DNA of 64,000 nucleotides from Malacoraja senta (taxonomy: Eukaryota): the NCBI GenBank assembly GCA_038087875.1, contig CM075989.1, forward strand, positions 25,236,001 to 25,300,000, given 5' to 3'. The notes under the pieces were generated by a model. The model had not been told where the DNA came from and ran no database searches. It saw nothing but the letters and a program-made list of their open reading frames with translations. Below, one piece after another: positions 35,362 through 47,823 of this stretch; position 1 is the first letter of the stretch, and each line of letters opens with the position of its first letter. Made by a program: the position numbers and the translations under genes.

Positions 35362-36014
35362 GAAATGTTCATCGTTTCACCACAGCCCTTCCTATTGGGC
35401 ACTTCCTGCATCTCCTGGTTTTACTTCACATCTGCAGCATCTGCAGTTGTTGACATTGACTATTGCCGTTTGTTAACTTCTCGCCAGAGAATGGCTGGAG
35501 GTTCCAGTGCAATCTCTCTGCCTCAAGTACGCCAACTCAAGTACAATAGGTAGAGCAAGGTTAGAGGTGACAAAAGACATTTATGGTACTATTTGTGATT
35601 GTAAATTTAGCTCAAGCAGCCTCTCCCGTCAGGCAGAAGCTTGAAAGCCCGCACCACCAGACTCAGGAACAGCTTCTTCCCCTCTGTTATCATGCTTCTG
35701 AACGGTCCTTCCATAAGCTAGGGTACTGTCCTATCCACCTCTACCCCATTGCGGACATTGGACTTTGTCTCTGGAACTGATGCTCTACAATGCTGAGAAC
35801 TATATTCTGCACTCTGTATCTTCCCCTTTGCTCTACCGATTGTACTTGAGTTTGACGATTATATTTATGTATGGTATTATCTGAACTGTTTGGATAGCGT
35901 GCAGAACAAATCCTTTCACTGTAGCTCGGTACACGTGGCAATATTAAACCTGGACCTAAACCCTGACCTAAGAGGTTTATACTGACTATTCATTTTCCAC
36001 GTCTCTCTGCCCAG

Positions 36015-36166
36015 CGGCCGGCAGCGAGCTGTATCGTCAGGTTGATGCGAGATCCCAGCTTCCCAGTCTTCATGTACACCCTGCAGACGGGTAGACAACA
36101 CCTGTTCTGTCCTTCACTCGACCACGAGCGCACCGTCATCTTCTGGAATGAAGAAGGAAGCAAAAG
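36015..36166 (+). CDS. LRRK1: LRRK1 exon (window exon 21, kinase end and WD40 start)
   Basis: gcccag/gtacgt; RPAASCIVRLMRDPSFPVFMYTLQTGRQHLFCPSLDHERTVIFWNEEGSK. Confidence 0.9.
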
Positions 36167-36175
36167 GTACGTCTG

Positions 36176-36797
36176 GCAGCATCCGTCCACACACTCACCT
36201 GGTGCAGCATTTGTCCATACACTCACCTGGTGCAGCATCCGTCCACACACTCACCTGGTGCAGCATTTGTCCATACACTCACCTGGTGCAGCATTTGTCC
36301 ATACACTCACCTGGTGCAGCATCCGTCCACACACTCACCTGGTGCAGCATCCGTCCACACACTCACCTGGTGCAGCATTTGTCCATACACTCACCTGGTG
36401 CAGCATTTGTCCATACACTCACCTGGTGCAGCATCCGTCCACACACTCACCTGGTGCAGCATTTGTCCATACACTCACCTGGTGCAGCATCCGTCCACAC
36501 ACTCACCTGGTGCAGCATCCGTCCATACACTCACCTGGTGCAGCATCCGTCCACACACTCACCTGGTGCAGCATTTGTCCATACACTCACCTGGTGCAGC
36601 ATTTGTCCATACACTCACCTGGTGCAGCATCCGTCCACACACTCACCTGGTGATGCATTTGTCCATACACTCACCTGGTGCAGCATTTGTCCATACACTC
36701 ACCTGGTGCAGCATCCGTCCATACACTCACCTGGTGCAGCATCCGTCCACACACTCACCTGGTGCAGCATTTGTCCACACACTCACCTGGTGCAGCA
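36176..36797. repeat. 28-bp minisatellite
   Basis: Unit gcagcat(cc/tt)gtcca(c/t)acactcacctggt, about 22 copies, starting about 10 nt after an exon donor. Confidence 0.92.
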
Positions 36798-37092
36798 ACC
36801 AGCAGAATGTGTAGTTTATCTTGGATCCCTGTGTTACATTACTCAGTAGATGGAAGAATGGGAATAGAAATAACCAATACCTGTTTGTGAACAACCTATG
36901 ATGTAATGTGATGACGTGAGGATCACAGGTTGTTATTGTACCTCAAAGACTGGGTTTAGGGGTGTTATTGTCATTCCTCATGTTCTGATGAAGTGGGATG
37001 AAGGAAGTTCCGTGGTGTCGGGATGTGTCGGGATTTCTTAGACCATCACATTCCCATCAAACTGACGTTGTGTGTTTGTGTGAAACCGGCAG

Positions 37093-37210
37093 GAACTACA
37101 GCGTGGTGAATATTGACAAAGGGCTGATAGAGGTTGACCACATCAGCTGTCCAGGAGCTGGGCTGAGCTGCCAACTGAAGCTTCACACTGCGCTGTGGAC
37201 CGCTACTAAG
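37093..37210 (+). CDS. LRRK1: LRRK1 exon (window exon 22, WD40)
   Basis: cggcag/gtgagc; RNYSVVNIDKGLIEVDHISCPGAGLSCQLKLHTALWTATK. Confidence 0.92.
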
Positions 37211-37237
37211 GTGAGCATTGTGGCGGTGAGTGTGGGC

Positions 37238-37353
37238 GCCAGAGTAGCCAGAGGAGGCTGGCACTGTAGCCAGAGGAGGCTGGCACCAGAGTAGCCAGAG
37301 GAGGCTGGCACCAGAGTAGCCAGAGGAGGCTGGCACTGTATCCAGAGGAGGCT
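37238..37353. repeat. About 25-bp minisatellite
   Basis: Unit ccagagtagccagaggaggctggca. Confidence 0.8.
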
Positions 37354-37739
37354 GACAGTTCTATCCAGATGAGACTGGCAGCTCTGTATCACGGCAGCAC
37401 AGGGCAGCTCTCCATTTGTATTCTGTAACACCGACAGCTCAGTTATATTTATATTGCAGCTCATTTACACGTTATTAAGCTGTTTGTAACCACTAGGCAT
37501 TGCCATGGGTGGGTGGATTATTCGTGGCCCTGACTTCCAATGCAGAGTAGGTTGTGTTTTACGTTCTGGGCGATAGAGACCAGGCGGCTTTGTACTTCTT
37601 ACTCCCGGTCAGAGAGAAGATGACATCTGAGGAAGTTCTCTCCTCCTTCTAAGCTCGAGTGAGAACAGGCCCAGCACCGTCAAGCTGTACTTTGATGAAA
37701 GAACCTTGTGTTGGTGACATGCTTCTTGTTGACATGCAG

Positions 37740-37856
37740 GACCAGAAGATCCAGGTGTACAGTCTGAAGGGGATGTGTCCACTCAAGGTGCCGCTCCGCG
37801 TACTCGATGTTCCTGCCGTCGTCACCTGCTTCCTGTCCGTATCCCGTGGAAACCAG
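37740..37856 (+). CDS. LRRK1: LRRK1 exon (window exon 23, WD40)
   Basis: atgcag/gtaacc; DQKIQVYSLKGMCPLKVPLRVLDVPAVVTCFLSVSRGNQ. Confidence 0.92.
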
Positions 37857-39527
37857 GTAACCAGCATCCTCCCAAAGCCTGTCCCAATTGGCCGACTGAC
37901 CAGAGGGTGGTCCAGTGGTGGAGTTATAATCATTGTCCCATCATATCAGGCCGACTACGTCTAGTTGGAAGCTGCTCTCGATGCAGAACCATGAGAGTCC
38001 TGATCCCACCTCCTTGTGCTGATGTTGGCTCTGCCGCTCTCTCTGAGGCCCGGCAGCTGACAGCGATCCTTAAAGTCGAATAATCTTCCTCAAGCCCTGA
38101 CCCGCTCCATGATCAGCGGCCGTAATGTTTGGAAACTGTAGAGTGCTGGGAAATGGGGCTCGTGTCAATAGATGTTTGAGGGCCAGAATGGGAAGATGTA
38201 CCGAAGGGCCTGTTTGCATGCTGTTGACTCTGACGACACCATCCTCTCCCGCGCCTCCCTGCAGCTTCAGCAGCAGACGAACCACATTAATGGGTTTCTG
38301 GCTCTCCAATGCTGTTCTTCTGGCACCAGATACGAAGACTGTTGCAATTCACCATCCATATGTGAATAATTAGACCACTGGCAAATTCTGAAATGTAATA
38401 TGTTCTACTCCTCCTGCAAACTTACCCTCAAAGACTTTAATTTAATCCGAACAAAGTTAACAAATGAAAAGCAGTTCCTGCCTGTTCCCGGTCCTTGTTG
38501 TAAACAGTTGTGTCTTCACTCTCCCATCTTCCATGTGCACCAGAGTCACCATTCTTTACCTGCGCTTGGAAGAAGGGTTTTAAACCAAAACATCATCTGC
38601 GCATTCCCTCCACAGATGCTGCCTGACCTGCTGAGTTCCTCCAGGACTTAGTGTTTTGTTTAAGATATCAGCATCTGCAGTTTTATTGAATCACCATTTT
38701 ATATCTGTTTATTTTAAGAATGGTGAACTGTGGGGTGGTCAGTGTAATTCGCAGCCATTCTTGGAGCAGGTACTTACTAACCTGTGGGATGTATTCAGTT
38801 CATTGTAGCTGGGCATCACATTGTCGCTGCCCAGTGGGATAGGGAATATAAACATCACTGGTGTGGTGGGCTTATGGGAAGTATTCGCCCAACTTTGGTG
38901 GCAATGTTCTCTTGAGTGTGTAGTGTTCCCGTACAGGGAGTGTTTGACCTTGTACTTGGACTGCCCCAGACCCAGCCCTGTGCACTGAGACCCAGTGGCT
39001 CGGGCTTGTTCCACACTGCAATGATCCACATCCTCACCTGTGAAGAACCTTTGGTTCCTTCAGGAATTCGACCGACGGATGAGTTGACCTACACATCTGG
39101 TTTGGTCAGCTGCCCAAGAAGTTTTGTTGTGTTATTTTCATTAGGACAGCAAGGTATCATAGTGGGTCGAGCCGCTGCCTCACAGGTTCAATCATGACCT
39201 CGGATGCTGTATGTGTGGAGTTTGCATGTTCTCCCTGTAACTGTGTGGTTTTCCCCAGGTGCTCTGATTTCTTCCCACATCCCAAAGTCGTGCAGGTTTG
39301 TAGGTTAATTGGTCTTCTGTAAATTGCCCTGTTTGTAGGGAGTGGGTGAGAAAGTGGAATAACACAGAACCGGTGTGAATGGGAGATGAATGGTTGGTGT
39401 GGACTTGGTGGGCCGAAGGGCCTGTTTCCATGCTGTATCTCAATGATTCAATGATTACCGGCTGGGTAAGATGAATCAGTCACAGCCATTTTCTGAGCGT
39501 GCATGTCTGTTGATTTCTTTGCCACAG

Positions 39528-40324
39528 AAGTCTCCGCTGATGCTGGCGGGTATGGCGGATGGGATGGTTGCTGTTTATTCCTTGGCCAGTGAACTTCCCT
39601 GCGATTGGTCTGCCTACCTGTGCTCACGTTCTGCAAACAACCTGCGCTTTAAAATTCCCGACAGCGACCGGAGACAGAATGCTTACCCCGTCACCGACAT
39701 CTTGGCCGTCAACAATGAATCGGAGGTGTGGTACACCAATGGTCCTGGGATCCTGGTCATTGACACACTGACAGTGGAGATCAGTCGCCGGCTAGAACCT
39801 TACCAGCCGCCCTCCCAGGTCATCTCCATGGTGTCTAACCTGGGCTGTGATGGAGAAGAGACAGTCTGGTGTCTGGATGACAAGACAAGTACCTTGATCA
39901 TGTACCGTGCCTACCAGGTGTGTGCCCATTATGCCTGCAATGACTGCAATCCATTGAGAGACATGTTTCCCATCCAGCGTCCTGTTGGTGCCATGGCAAC
40001 ATTAGCCATCCAGGACAGCAGTGAATCCCATCCCACGGATACAACCTTCATCTTCACTAATGAGGTTGGGACACAGATCTTACGGCATTGTGACTCTGTG
40101 ACCGATTACTGTTCAATATCCTCCTGCTCTTCCTCCTCCAACAACAGAAACATCCGTTTCCCCTCCAGCCCAACCAGTATTCCCAATTCTCCCGACTTCG
40201 AGGGACCAGGAACGCTGAGCGTTCTGGGCAGTGGGTCCCAGGACATCACCCCAACAGCAGAGAATCGCCAACAGCTGCGGGCTGTCAAAGTGCTGGCCGT
40301 GAGGGACACACTATGGGTTCCCAG
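39528..40324 (+). CDS. LRRK1: LRRK1 exon (window exon 24, large WD40 exon)
   Basis: ccacag/gtgagt; KSPLMLAGMADGMVAVY...SEVWYTNGPG...LRAVKVLAVRDTLWVP. Confidence 0.94.
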
Positions 40325-40796
40325 GTGAGTGAGTGATGGGCACAAGGTGAGGATCCAGGTGAGTGAGTGAGGGGCACACTGTGGATCGGGGTGAGCTTCA
40401 CTCACTCGGGTCCAGACACACATGGTGTTAGTGTAGGATACACACGTGTGATGTGTAGATTGTACATGTTTCCAGGTCCAGGGTACATGTGTGATGTGAG
40501 TGTATGTTACACAGATGTATGTGCAGGATACACATGTACCTGAGTCCAGATACACATGTAGATTACTGAATATTCCCAGGTCCACGCTAAGGATTTCAGG
40601 TACATGAACAAATCGAATGAATGAATGAACGATGTTTTATTGTTACATGTGACAAGTCGCAGTGAAACTCTTGGCTTGAATACCCAAGGTATGCGATTAG
40701 TGGCCACATAAAGGGCGCTGACAGTTACAAAGCACTCGCTCATGGCGGCCCCCTCACCACACCGCCCCCCCTCCCCATACCAACCCACTGCATAAA

Positions 40797-41070
40797 TCCC
40801 TCCCTCTCTCCCCCTATTCCCCCCCTCCCTCTCTCCCCCCTCCCTCTCTCCCCCCTCCCTCTCTCCCCCTCCCTCTCTCCCCCTCCCTCTCTCCCCCTCC
40901 CTCTCTCCCCCTCCCTCTCTCCCCCCTCCCTCTCTCCCCCCTCCCTCTCTCCCCCCTCCCTCTCTCCCCCCTCCCTCTCTCCCCCCTCCCTCTCTCCCCC
41001 CTCCCTCTCTCCCCCCTCCCTCTCCCCCCCCTCCCTCTCTCCCCCCCTCCCTCTCTCCCCCCTCCCTCTC
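40797..41070. repeat. Pure polypyrimidine 14-15-bp repeat
   Basis: (ccctctctcccccct)n. Confidence 0.9.
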
Positions 41071-41125
41071 CGACCCACTCTCTCCTCCCCCCCACTGACG
41101 TGTTGTTGCCATGTTCCCCCTACAG

Positions 41126-41227
41126 GGAGGGTGGGGACATTGTGGTGATCGAGCTGCAGACACAGATTGGCGGTGAGTCGGGCAGAGTGGTGTCAGTGCT
41201 GAAGGCCGGAGGAATGAATGAGGACAG
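41126..41227 (+). CDS. LRRK1: LRRK1 exon (window exon 25, WD40)
   Basis: ctacag/gtgaga; (R)EGGDIVVIELQTQIGGESGRVVSVLKAGGMNED. Confidence 0.9.
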
Positions 41228-41235
41228 GTGAGAGG

Positions 41236-41362
41236 AACACGCCCAACACACGGCACCCACACGCCCGGCACACGGCACCCACACGCCTGGCACACGCCCG
41301 ACACACGGCACCCACATGCCCGACACACGGCACCCACATGCCCGGCACACGGCACCCACACA
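41236..41362. repeat. About 22-bp CA-rich minisatellite
   Basis: Unit cacacggcacccacacgcccgg. Confidence 0.8.
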
Positions 41363-41837
41363 CGGTGTCCCAAACACACAGCACCAATACACACACACCA
41401 CGACCCAAACGGGAGTCGCACTCATTTACGGTCCCAGATGGAGTGGTTTACTGGGTCAGATTATAATTTAACCGTGTTTATAAAACAGAACTTTGGCAAA
41501 TGTATAAACTTGGAATATTATACAATCTTATCCTTATTTGTTCACCAGCTGATTTAGAGTTTAGATTCAGTACGAAAACAGGCCCTTCGGCCCACAGAGT
41601 CCGTGCCGACCAGCGATCACACTAGCATGAACCTACACACTAGGGGCAATTTACAGGCCTGCATATCTTTGGCCCGGCTCTCTAGCAACTGTGAGGCAGC
41701 CGCTCTACTGGTTTTATTTAATTTTACAATTGGTTTTCTAAAGCACCCCAACCCTCACCCATTGATACTGACATTGATACTGATATTGATACTGCCATTA
41801 ATACTGACACCACTGCCTGCTGTCCCGTTCCCCACAG

Positions 41838-42015
41838 CTCCCTGGTTGAGGCTGCCCTGGTGGCACAGGACACGGTGGTCTGCTGTCTGGTGGACGCGGC
41901 TGGAGAGTGGCGGCTGTGTGTGTGGAGGGGCTGGGGCTCCCAACAGTTCCAGCTCTTCTACCAGTCCTTCGAAGAACTGGGGACGATGGAAGTCAGCATG
42001 CGCAGACGGAGGTAG
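41838..42015 (+). CDS. LRRK1: LRRK1 last coding exon (WD40 end, C-terminal helix, TAG stop)
   Basis: cccacag acceptor; SLVEAALVAQDTVVCCLVDAAGEWRLCVWRGWGSQQFQLFYQSFEELGTMEVSMRRRR*, similar to human WRGWG...FYQSYEELG. Confidence 0.93.
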
Positions 42016-42144
42016 CAGAGATGGAGGCAGCAGATGGAGGCAACGGTGGGAACTCACTTTCCTCTGATCTGGAGATCATGGTTTCCATCAGCACAAAGGC
42101 AGAAAAAGATCTGTGAATTAATGCTTAACGACAAAACTTAAAAC

Positions 42145-42391
42145 AATAAAAGCGACCCTTGCCTTTGAGTGAAGCCTCTGACACTGGCCGAGAAGCTAAG
42201 GCAACATGTGGAGGAAGTTGGAGGAATCTGTAGCCTCTTGTAATTCATTCACCACCGCGGTGAACGGCAGCCTTCTGCTGACACACGGCTGAACTGTGGC
42301 GTCATCTCAGTCACATCCTCCTCAATGTGGAAAGCCACAGAGATCGTATGCAAAGAGTTTAAATGGACTAATTTATTTATTATGCAATAAA
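42145..42391 (+). terminator. Candidate LRRK1 polyadenylation signals
   Basis: AATAAA at 42145-42150 and 42386-42391 downstream of the stop; AU-rich ATTTATTTATTA just before the second. Confidence 0.45.
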
Positions 42392-42832
42392 TACAATGAA
42401 GACATTAATTGTCAGTGTGAGGTGTTGACAGGTGCGGCGTTCTGAAGTCAAAATCTCCCTCAAACCAGGAGAGCTGTGTCCTTCATCTCCAGTGAAGCCG
42501 GGCACTGGGTCAGGGGTCAGGCACTGGGTCCGGGGTCTACAGTGAGGGATTTAGGGGCTCTTACAGCTTTTATTTCATTTGTGAACATCCAAGATGAATC
42601 TGCTTGGGACTTGGCTGTGTGAATTCAAAGCTCAGGTCCCCATGAATTGGTGAATTAGGACAGGCTGGTTACAACAGATGCCCAGGACTCCTAAAATTAC
42701 CCCTGAATGCCGTGTACTAATGGGGAAAACACCATGATCAATGCCTTTTACGGACACATCATAGCATAAAGGGGCCCTTGAACGTCATACAGCATATCAG
42801 GTGCCAGATTACAAGCTATGCAAGTGACACAT

Positions 42833-42951
42833 CTTCTTGCATATGGCGTGCACAGCCTAAAGTTGTCGGACAACTTGTTTTATTTGATCTTATTTGATTG
42901 TGCATTCGTCGAAACAGGGCGGACCAGGTGAAGGTTGCAATCTCCCACCCC
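42833..42951 (-). mobile_element. Short retroposon with AAG-repeat tail (RTE-type 3' end or SINE)
   Basis: cttcttgc tail; flanks caagtgacac / caagtgtcac (TSD with 1 mismatch); a similar-tailed insert at 49244-49330 is flanked by aactaaag(c/t)cc. Confidence 0.5.
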
Positions 42952-44685
42952 AACAAGTGTCACTGAATATTTATGAGGAAGCAAAGCACTTTGGGTTCAA
43001 CTCGACCACAGCATTTTGAAAGGATGCAGGGACCAGCAGGGGGGCACTAATGAGCTCCACATAGAAATGATGAGTGAAGGTGAACATAGGAAGGAACTGC
43101 AGATAGACATGAAATGCTGGAGTAACTTCAGACCTGAGTCTGAAGAAGGGTCTCGACCCGAAACGTCACCCATTCCTTCTCTCCAGAGATGCTGCCTGTC
43201 CTGCTGAGTTACTCCAGCATTTTGTGTCTGATAATCATTCATTTCCACAAACGTTGATCTGGTTCCCTCCCTCTCCACTTTTAGTCATAGTTCTTTATTA
43301 TCAGTCCTATATGCTTCCGATGCCATCCATTACAATTCTGTGGCGGTAGTTACTATATCGAGATATTTTTGTTTATTTTTCAACATATGGAACCAAATTA
43401 GCTTCAGGACGTCTGTAAATCTCAACCTGTTTCTTTACCCAGGGACAGCCTGCATCTGAAAGGGAATTGGATACTCTCAAAATAGGGTGAATTAGGTTGT
43501 TTGATCAGAGTTATGGCTCATGCATTAGGGCCATTGCATGCTTTTACAACTCTTTGACTATTTGCAGTATTTCTGTGTCCTGGTTGTAGACCCTTCTACT
43601 CTGGCTTCATTGACTCCAACCACTTTGGTACTTAAACAATTATACCCATACACTCTGAGTATGTCTAAACTCTGCAACTATGTTCTTTACCAAGATTCTC
43701 CTGGAAACAAAGGATAAATTATTCAAGTGAACACAACCAAAACATTTGTAAATTAAAGAACTAAAGAATTGCAAGAAAACGATGTCTCTTTAAAAATAGG
43801 CATTCCAAGTGACAACTGGATAGATCTGGTTTTGTTTAGCATTGCACATTGGCCTGTCATTGACACCATTGTTGTTTTCTGGCACTCTGCTCAGCTTGCC
43901 ATTGCTGGCACCACATTGCACCACCTTTTGGCACAATTGTTTACAGCTTTTAGTTTTTAGGAACAGTAGTATAAATATGAAACTGCAATGAACAAGGAAT
44001 CTCTTTGTTAAAATATTATCTTGGCCTTTGCTTAGCAATGGGTTCCCTAAAGGTTCAACTTTTAAAGGAAAGTTCCAAATGCTCAGTGCAGTATTTTTAA
44101 TGATTCCTGGTGCTTTCTAGGTTGAGTAATCACTGCATTCAGGAGAGTGAAGACACAAAAGTAGCTGAGAACACTGGATCACAGAATCGAAGGGGAGAGA
44201 GACCATATCATTGCTTGGACGTCCTCACTCCCAAAGGCATTGACTCAGGATGGAGTCATGTATTTTTTCAGAATAATAGGTCTGACATTAAATTGCAATG
44301 AACAAGGAATCGTTTTGTTAAAATCATATCTTGGCCTTTGCTTCACTACAGGTTCCCAAATAGTTCAGATATAAAGAAAAGTTCCAAAACCTCTCATGGG
44401 ACTTGGCATCTTTTCTACGCGCTGTGCCCAGACTTGAGCTCAACAAGCCAGCTTTAAAAAAAAAAACCAAGTGCTGGAGTAACTCAGCGGGCCAGGCAGC
44501 CACTCTGGAGAAAAGGAATAGGTGATGTTTCAGAGTACTGGAGTAACTCAGCAGGACAGGCAACATCTCTGGAGAGTGACCATGAGATGCTGCTTGGTCC
44601 ATTAAGTTACTCCAGCATTTGGGGATTTTATGGTAAACCAGCATCTGCAATTCTTGTGTCTACAAGTCAGCTTTTCAATCAATGT

Positions 44686-44814
44686 GTTAAAGAAGGAACT
44701 GCAGATGCTGGAAAATCGAAGGTACACAAAAATGCTGGAGAAACTCAGCGGGTGCAGCAGCATCTATGGAGCGAAGGAAATAGGTAACGTTTCGGGCCGA
44801 AACCCTTCTTCAGA
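44686..44814 (-). mobile_element. Short Penelope-derived insertion with a 15-bp TSD
   Basis: TSD cttttcaatcaatgt at 44671-44685 and 44815-44829; the minus-strand 5' end starts tctgaagaagggtttcggcccgaaacgtt. Confidence 0.8.
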
Positions 44815-47800
44815 CTTTTCAATCAATGTTAGCTTAACTTGTTTATTTTTAACACTGGCCCAGCAAGGTGGATTGGATTAGCTTTTTGTGTACAGCACAA
44901 TTTTACAATTTGTCAGATTGATGCAATTGTGATGGGCGTATTGAAAACGAGCCATAATTAGATCTATTGCATGGCTCTAGTACTGTGGTCTGGTGCGGCT
45001 CACCTTACTAGAACTGGTGCTCTCAATCAGATTTTAAATTAATGTTATCTGAATCAATTTGGTTGAGGACATTGATGGTCATGCAGTTGTTTAATGCATC
45101 CAACACAGCAGGACTTTGATCTCATCCCTGTTTCAGAACACAGATCTGTCAATTGCATACATGTTTTGTCATCTTGCAGCATCATCTGTTGGACAGTTCC
45201 CTTTCCTGATTAAGGGTTTAGACCCAAAACATTAACTACCCATGTTCTCCAGAAATGCTGCCTAACCCATTGGAGTTATTCCAGCATTCTGTACTTCCCT
45301 CTGAGCCACTGTTGGTCACCTGCCATGACTGTAATAATATGTGGCATATTCTGGGCCATGACATGACAAATTAGGGTTGTATAGAAAGACTGTTGTAGAA
45401 GGCTCCCAGCACCTTACAGATATGTAGATCTGAAGCACAGGATCTGACTAATTGGTCCCTTTTAGCTGTGGCAGCAACAAGCAACTTTATGGAGGATGTC
45501 CTCAGATACAATTGTTTATCAAAGTAGCTCCTCCACTGCATGAACTGAAACCCCAACTTTCACCACTGACTGACACATACAATAGGAAAGACTTTGCAAT
45601 GTCCAAATGTGGTGTGGAACAAACATGAATGCTGGATGATTGAAGTCAACTGAAAGTTACTAATCAATGATAATGGGGCCAGCTCACTCCTGTGCCATCC
45701 TTTGGTGATAGATTTCCAACTTGCTTGACTTTATGTGGCACTTCTGCTTTGGCTGCAGGCAGACCAACACTGTAGGCTTGTTGAAGACAAAAGGATGCAG
45801 ATGCTGGACTCCAGAGTGCAGGAGTAACTCAACGGGTCTCCAATCCGTGGATAGACATTTTAGGTCAGGCTGAGTTTGAATAAGGGTCCTAACCAGAATC
45901 TTTCCCTAGCCATATACGCCAGAGATTCTGCCTGACCCACTTAGATACTCCAGCACTTGGTGTTCCAGACTTGCTGAACATACTCACTGTTTCGAGAAGA
46001 CATTTCTGGGGATCATCCAACAGGGTTCTGAGTGGAACCGAGAAATCGGAATGGGGTGATCACTTATTTTGAGTTATAGGCCTCATAAACTCAGTGGTAA
46101 TAAGAGGAAGACATATGTATAGATATCAGAGACCTGGAAGAACATATGGTTATAATAGTGGTGTATTTAGTCTTCTTCAGCCTTCTTAAAGTCTCCATCA
46201 GATTTGTCCCACTTGCAGCAACTTCTTTACTGGGCCACCATCTCCCCTTGCTGAATCAACTCAACGCCATCTGACAGCTGTGTCTACAATAACCAGCAAT
46301 CAATTCAGCTGGCCACCAGGCCATTGCGGCTGCAATCATGCTTCAGCCTGCTGCTTCTAGCATTGGCCTGCAGAAGTGAGAGCAGTGCATTTGTGAACAA
46401 GTTGCAATGGGTTTGAATGGTGAAAGATAATATATGGGTCCCGATTGATGAATATTGTTGGTAGGAGAAGGATGGAAATATAATACATGAAACAGTATGC
46501 AGTTAGTGGTGCAGTTGTTAGATGTGAAATGTTGTCCTTCAATACACATGTAAACGTAAGTCGTAGATAGAAACAAAATGCTAAAGTAACTCAGTGGGAC
46601 AGGCAACATCTCTGCAGAGAAGGAATGAGGACGTTTCTGGTTGAGATCTTTTTTCAGACGCAAGTCGTAATGTGCCGGAAGAAACTGCAGCTTCTGGCTT
46701 AAGCCAAACATAAGTCACAGGGTTAATATCTTGCTGTCATTATCTACTCTCAGCCAGTCAATGAGATGTCCCTTGTCTCCCAGGTTCTCACTTTTGCTTT
46801 AGATGCCGACATGGTGGCAGTCTGCTCCACTTTAAAACTCATTAAAATTAGTTTTTAAATATCATATTTATTGATAAATAAATCAAAACAAATTTTATTC
46901 AAATTCAATAAACCAGTATGGAGACAAGTACAAAGGAATTAAAATTTTGCATGGTGATTTAAAGTTACAATTGTGCAATGCAAAAGATGGAAAACAATAG
47001 ATAAATATTAAATTGCATCACATTTTAAAAACTAATAAATGAATTGTCCCAATGTGAGACTCACTCCAGATCTGGAGATATTCTGGCTGTGAAGATAGAG
47101 TTCAACATTGCAAGCACATCCACTCTGAAACTGCAAATCCATGACAAATAAAATTAGTTTTCCACACGTGGTGAATTATGTTCACTTAAATTCCAAATGG
47201 TGCCACAAATAATGTTTAAATAGTATGGATTATGGGATAGTATAGATGGTACATGAAGATCTGTTTCCATGTTGCATCACTGTTGATGCTAGATGTTTTG
47301 AAATAACAAACAGGAAATTGCTAAAGTTCTATCTGAAGTTTCAATTGGGCCCACCACATGTGCACAAACCTCCACTTCTGATCCAAAATAAAGTTTGCAA
47401 CATTACCCCTGGGTGGGCGTCAGAACACAGAGCATTTGAATTGTGAACATTATTATTAATGAGCACGTTGAAGCACATTTTACTCACTCATTCACTTGGA
47501 GCCTAATAACCTGGGAACTTACAGGTCTTTTGTACATCACATTAAAACTCAATTCAAGGGTTAGAAAATTGTAGGGAATGTGGAAATAAATGCAGAATTT
47601 GGTCAATACACAAAACAAAATGAAGCACTAATATATTGTATCCGTTTGTACATTAATATTTAAGTGTGTCCATGCAAATTCTCACAGGCAGAGAAATGAT
47701 GAGGCGAAGCAATCCTTGTTTTGTCAGTAATAAGCTCTGGGTCTTATCCAATCTAATGTAGGTGGTCACTCAGTACTGCACTGGATCTAGATTTATGTCA

Positions 47801-47823
47801 CCTGGAGTGGCTGCTGTCAAAAC

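Noticed and set aside
34180..36890. Long ORFs with periodic peptides ([21 protein letters not shown] and similar)
   Set aside because: Translations of stop-free minisatellites, open in several frames at once
40507..41425. Gly/Arg/Glu-rich minus-strand ORFs
   Set aside because: Low-complexity purine tract and CA-rich repeat
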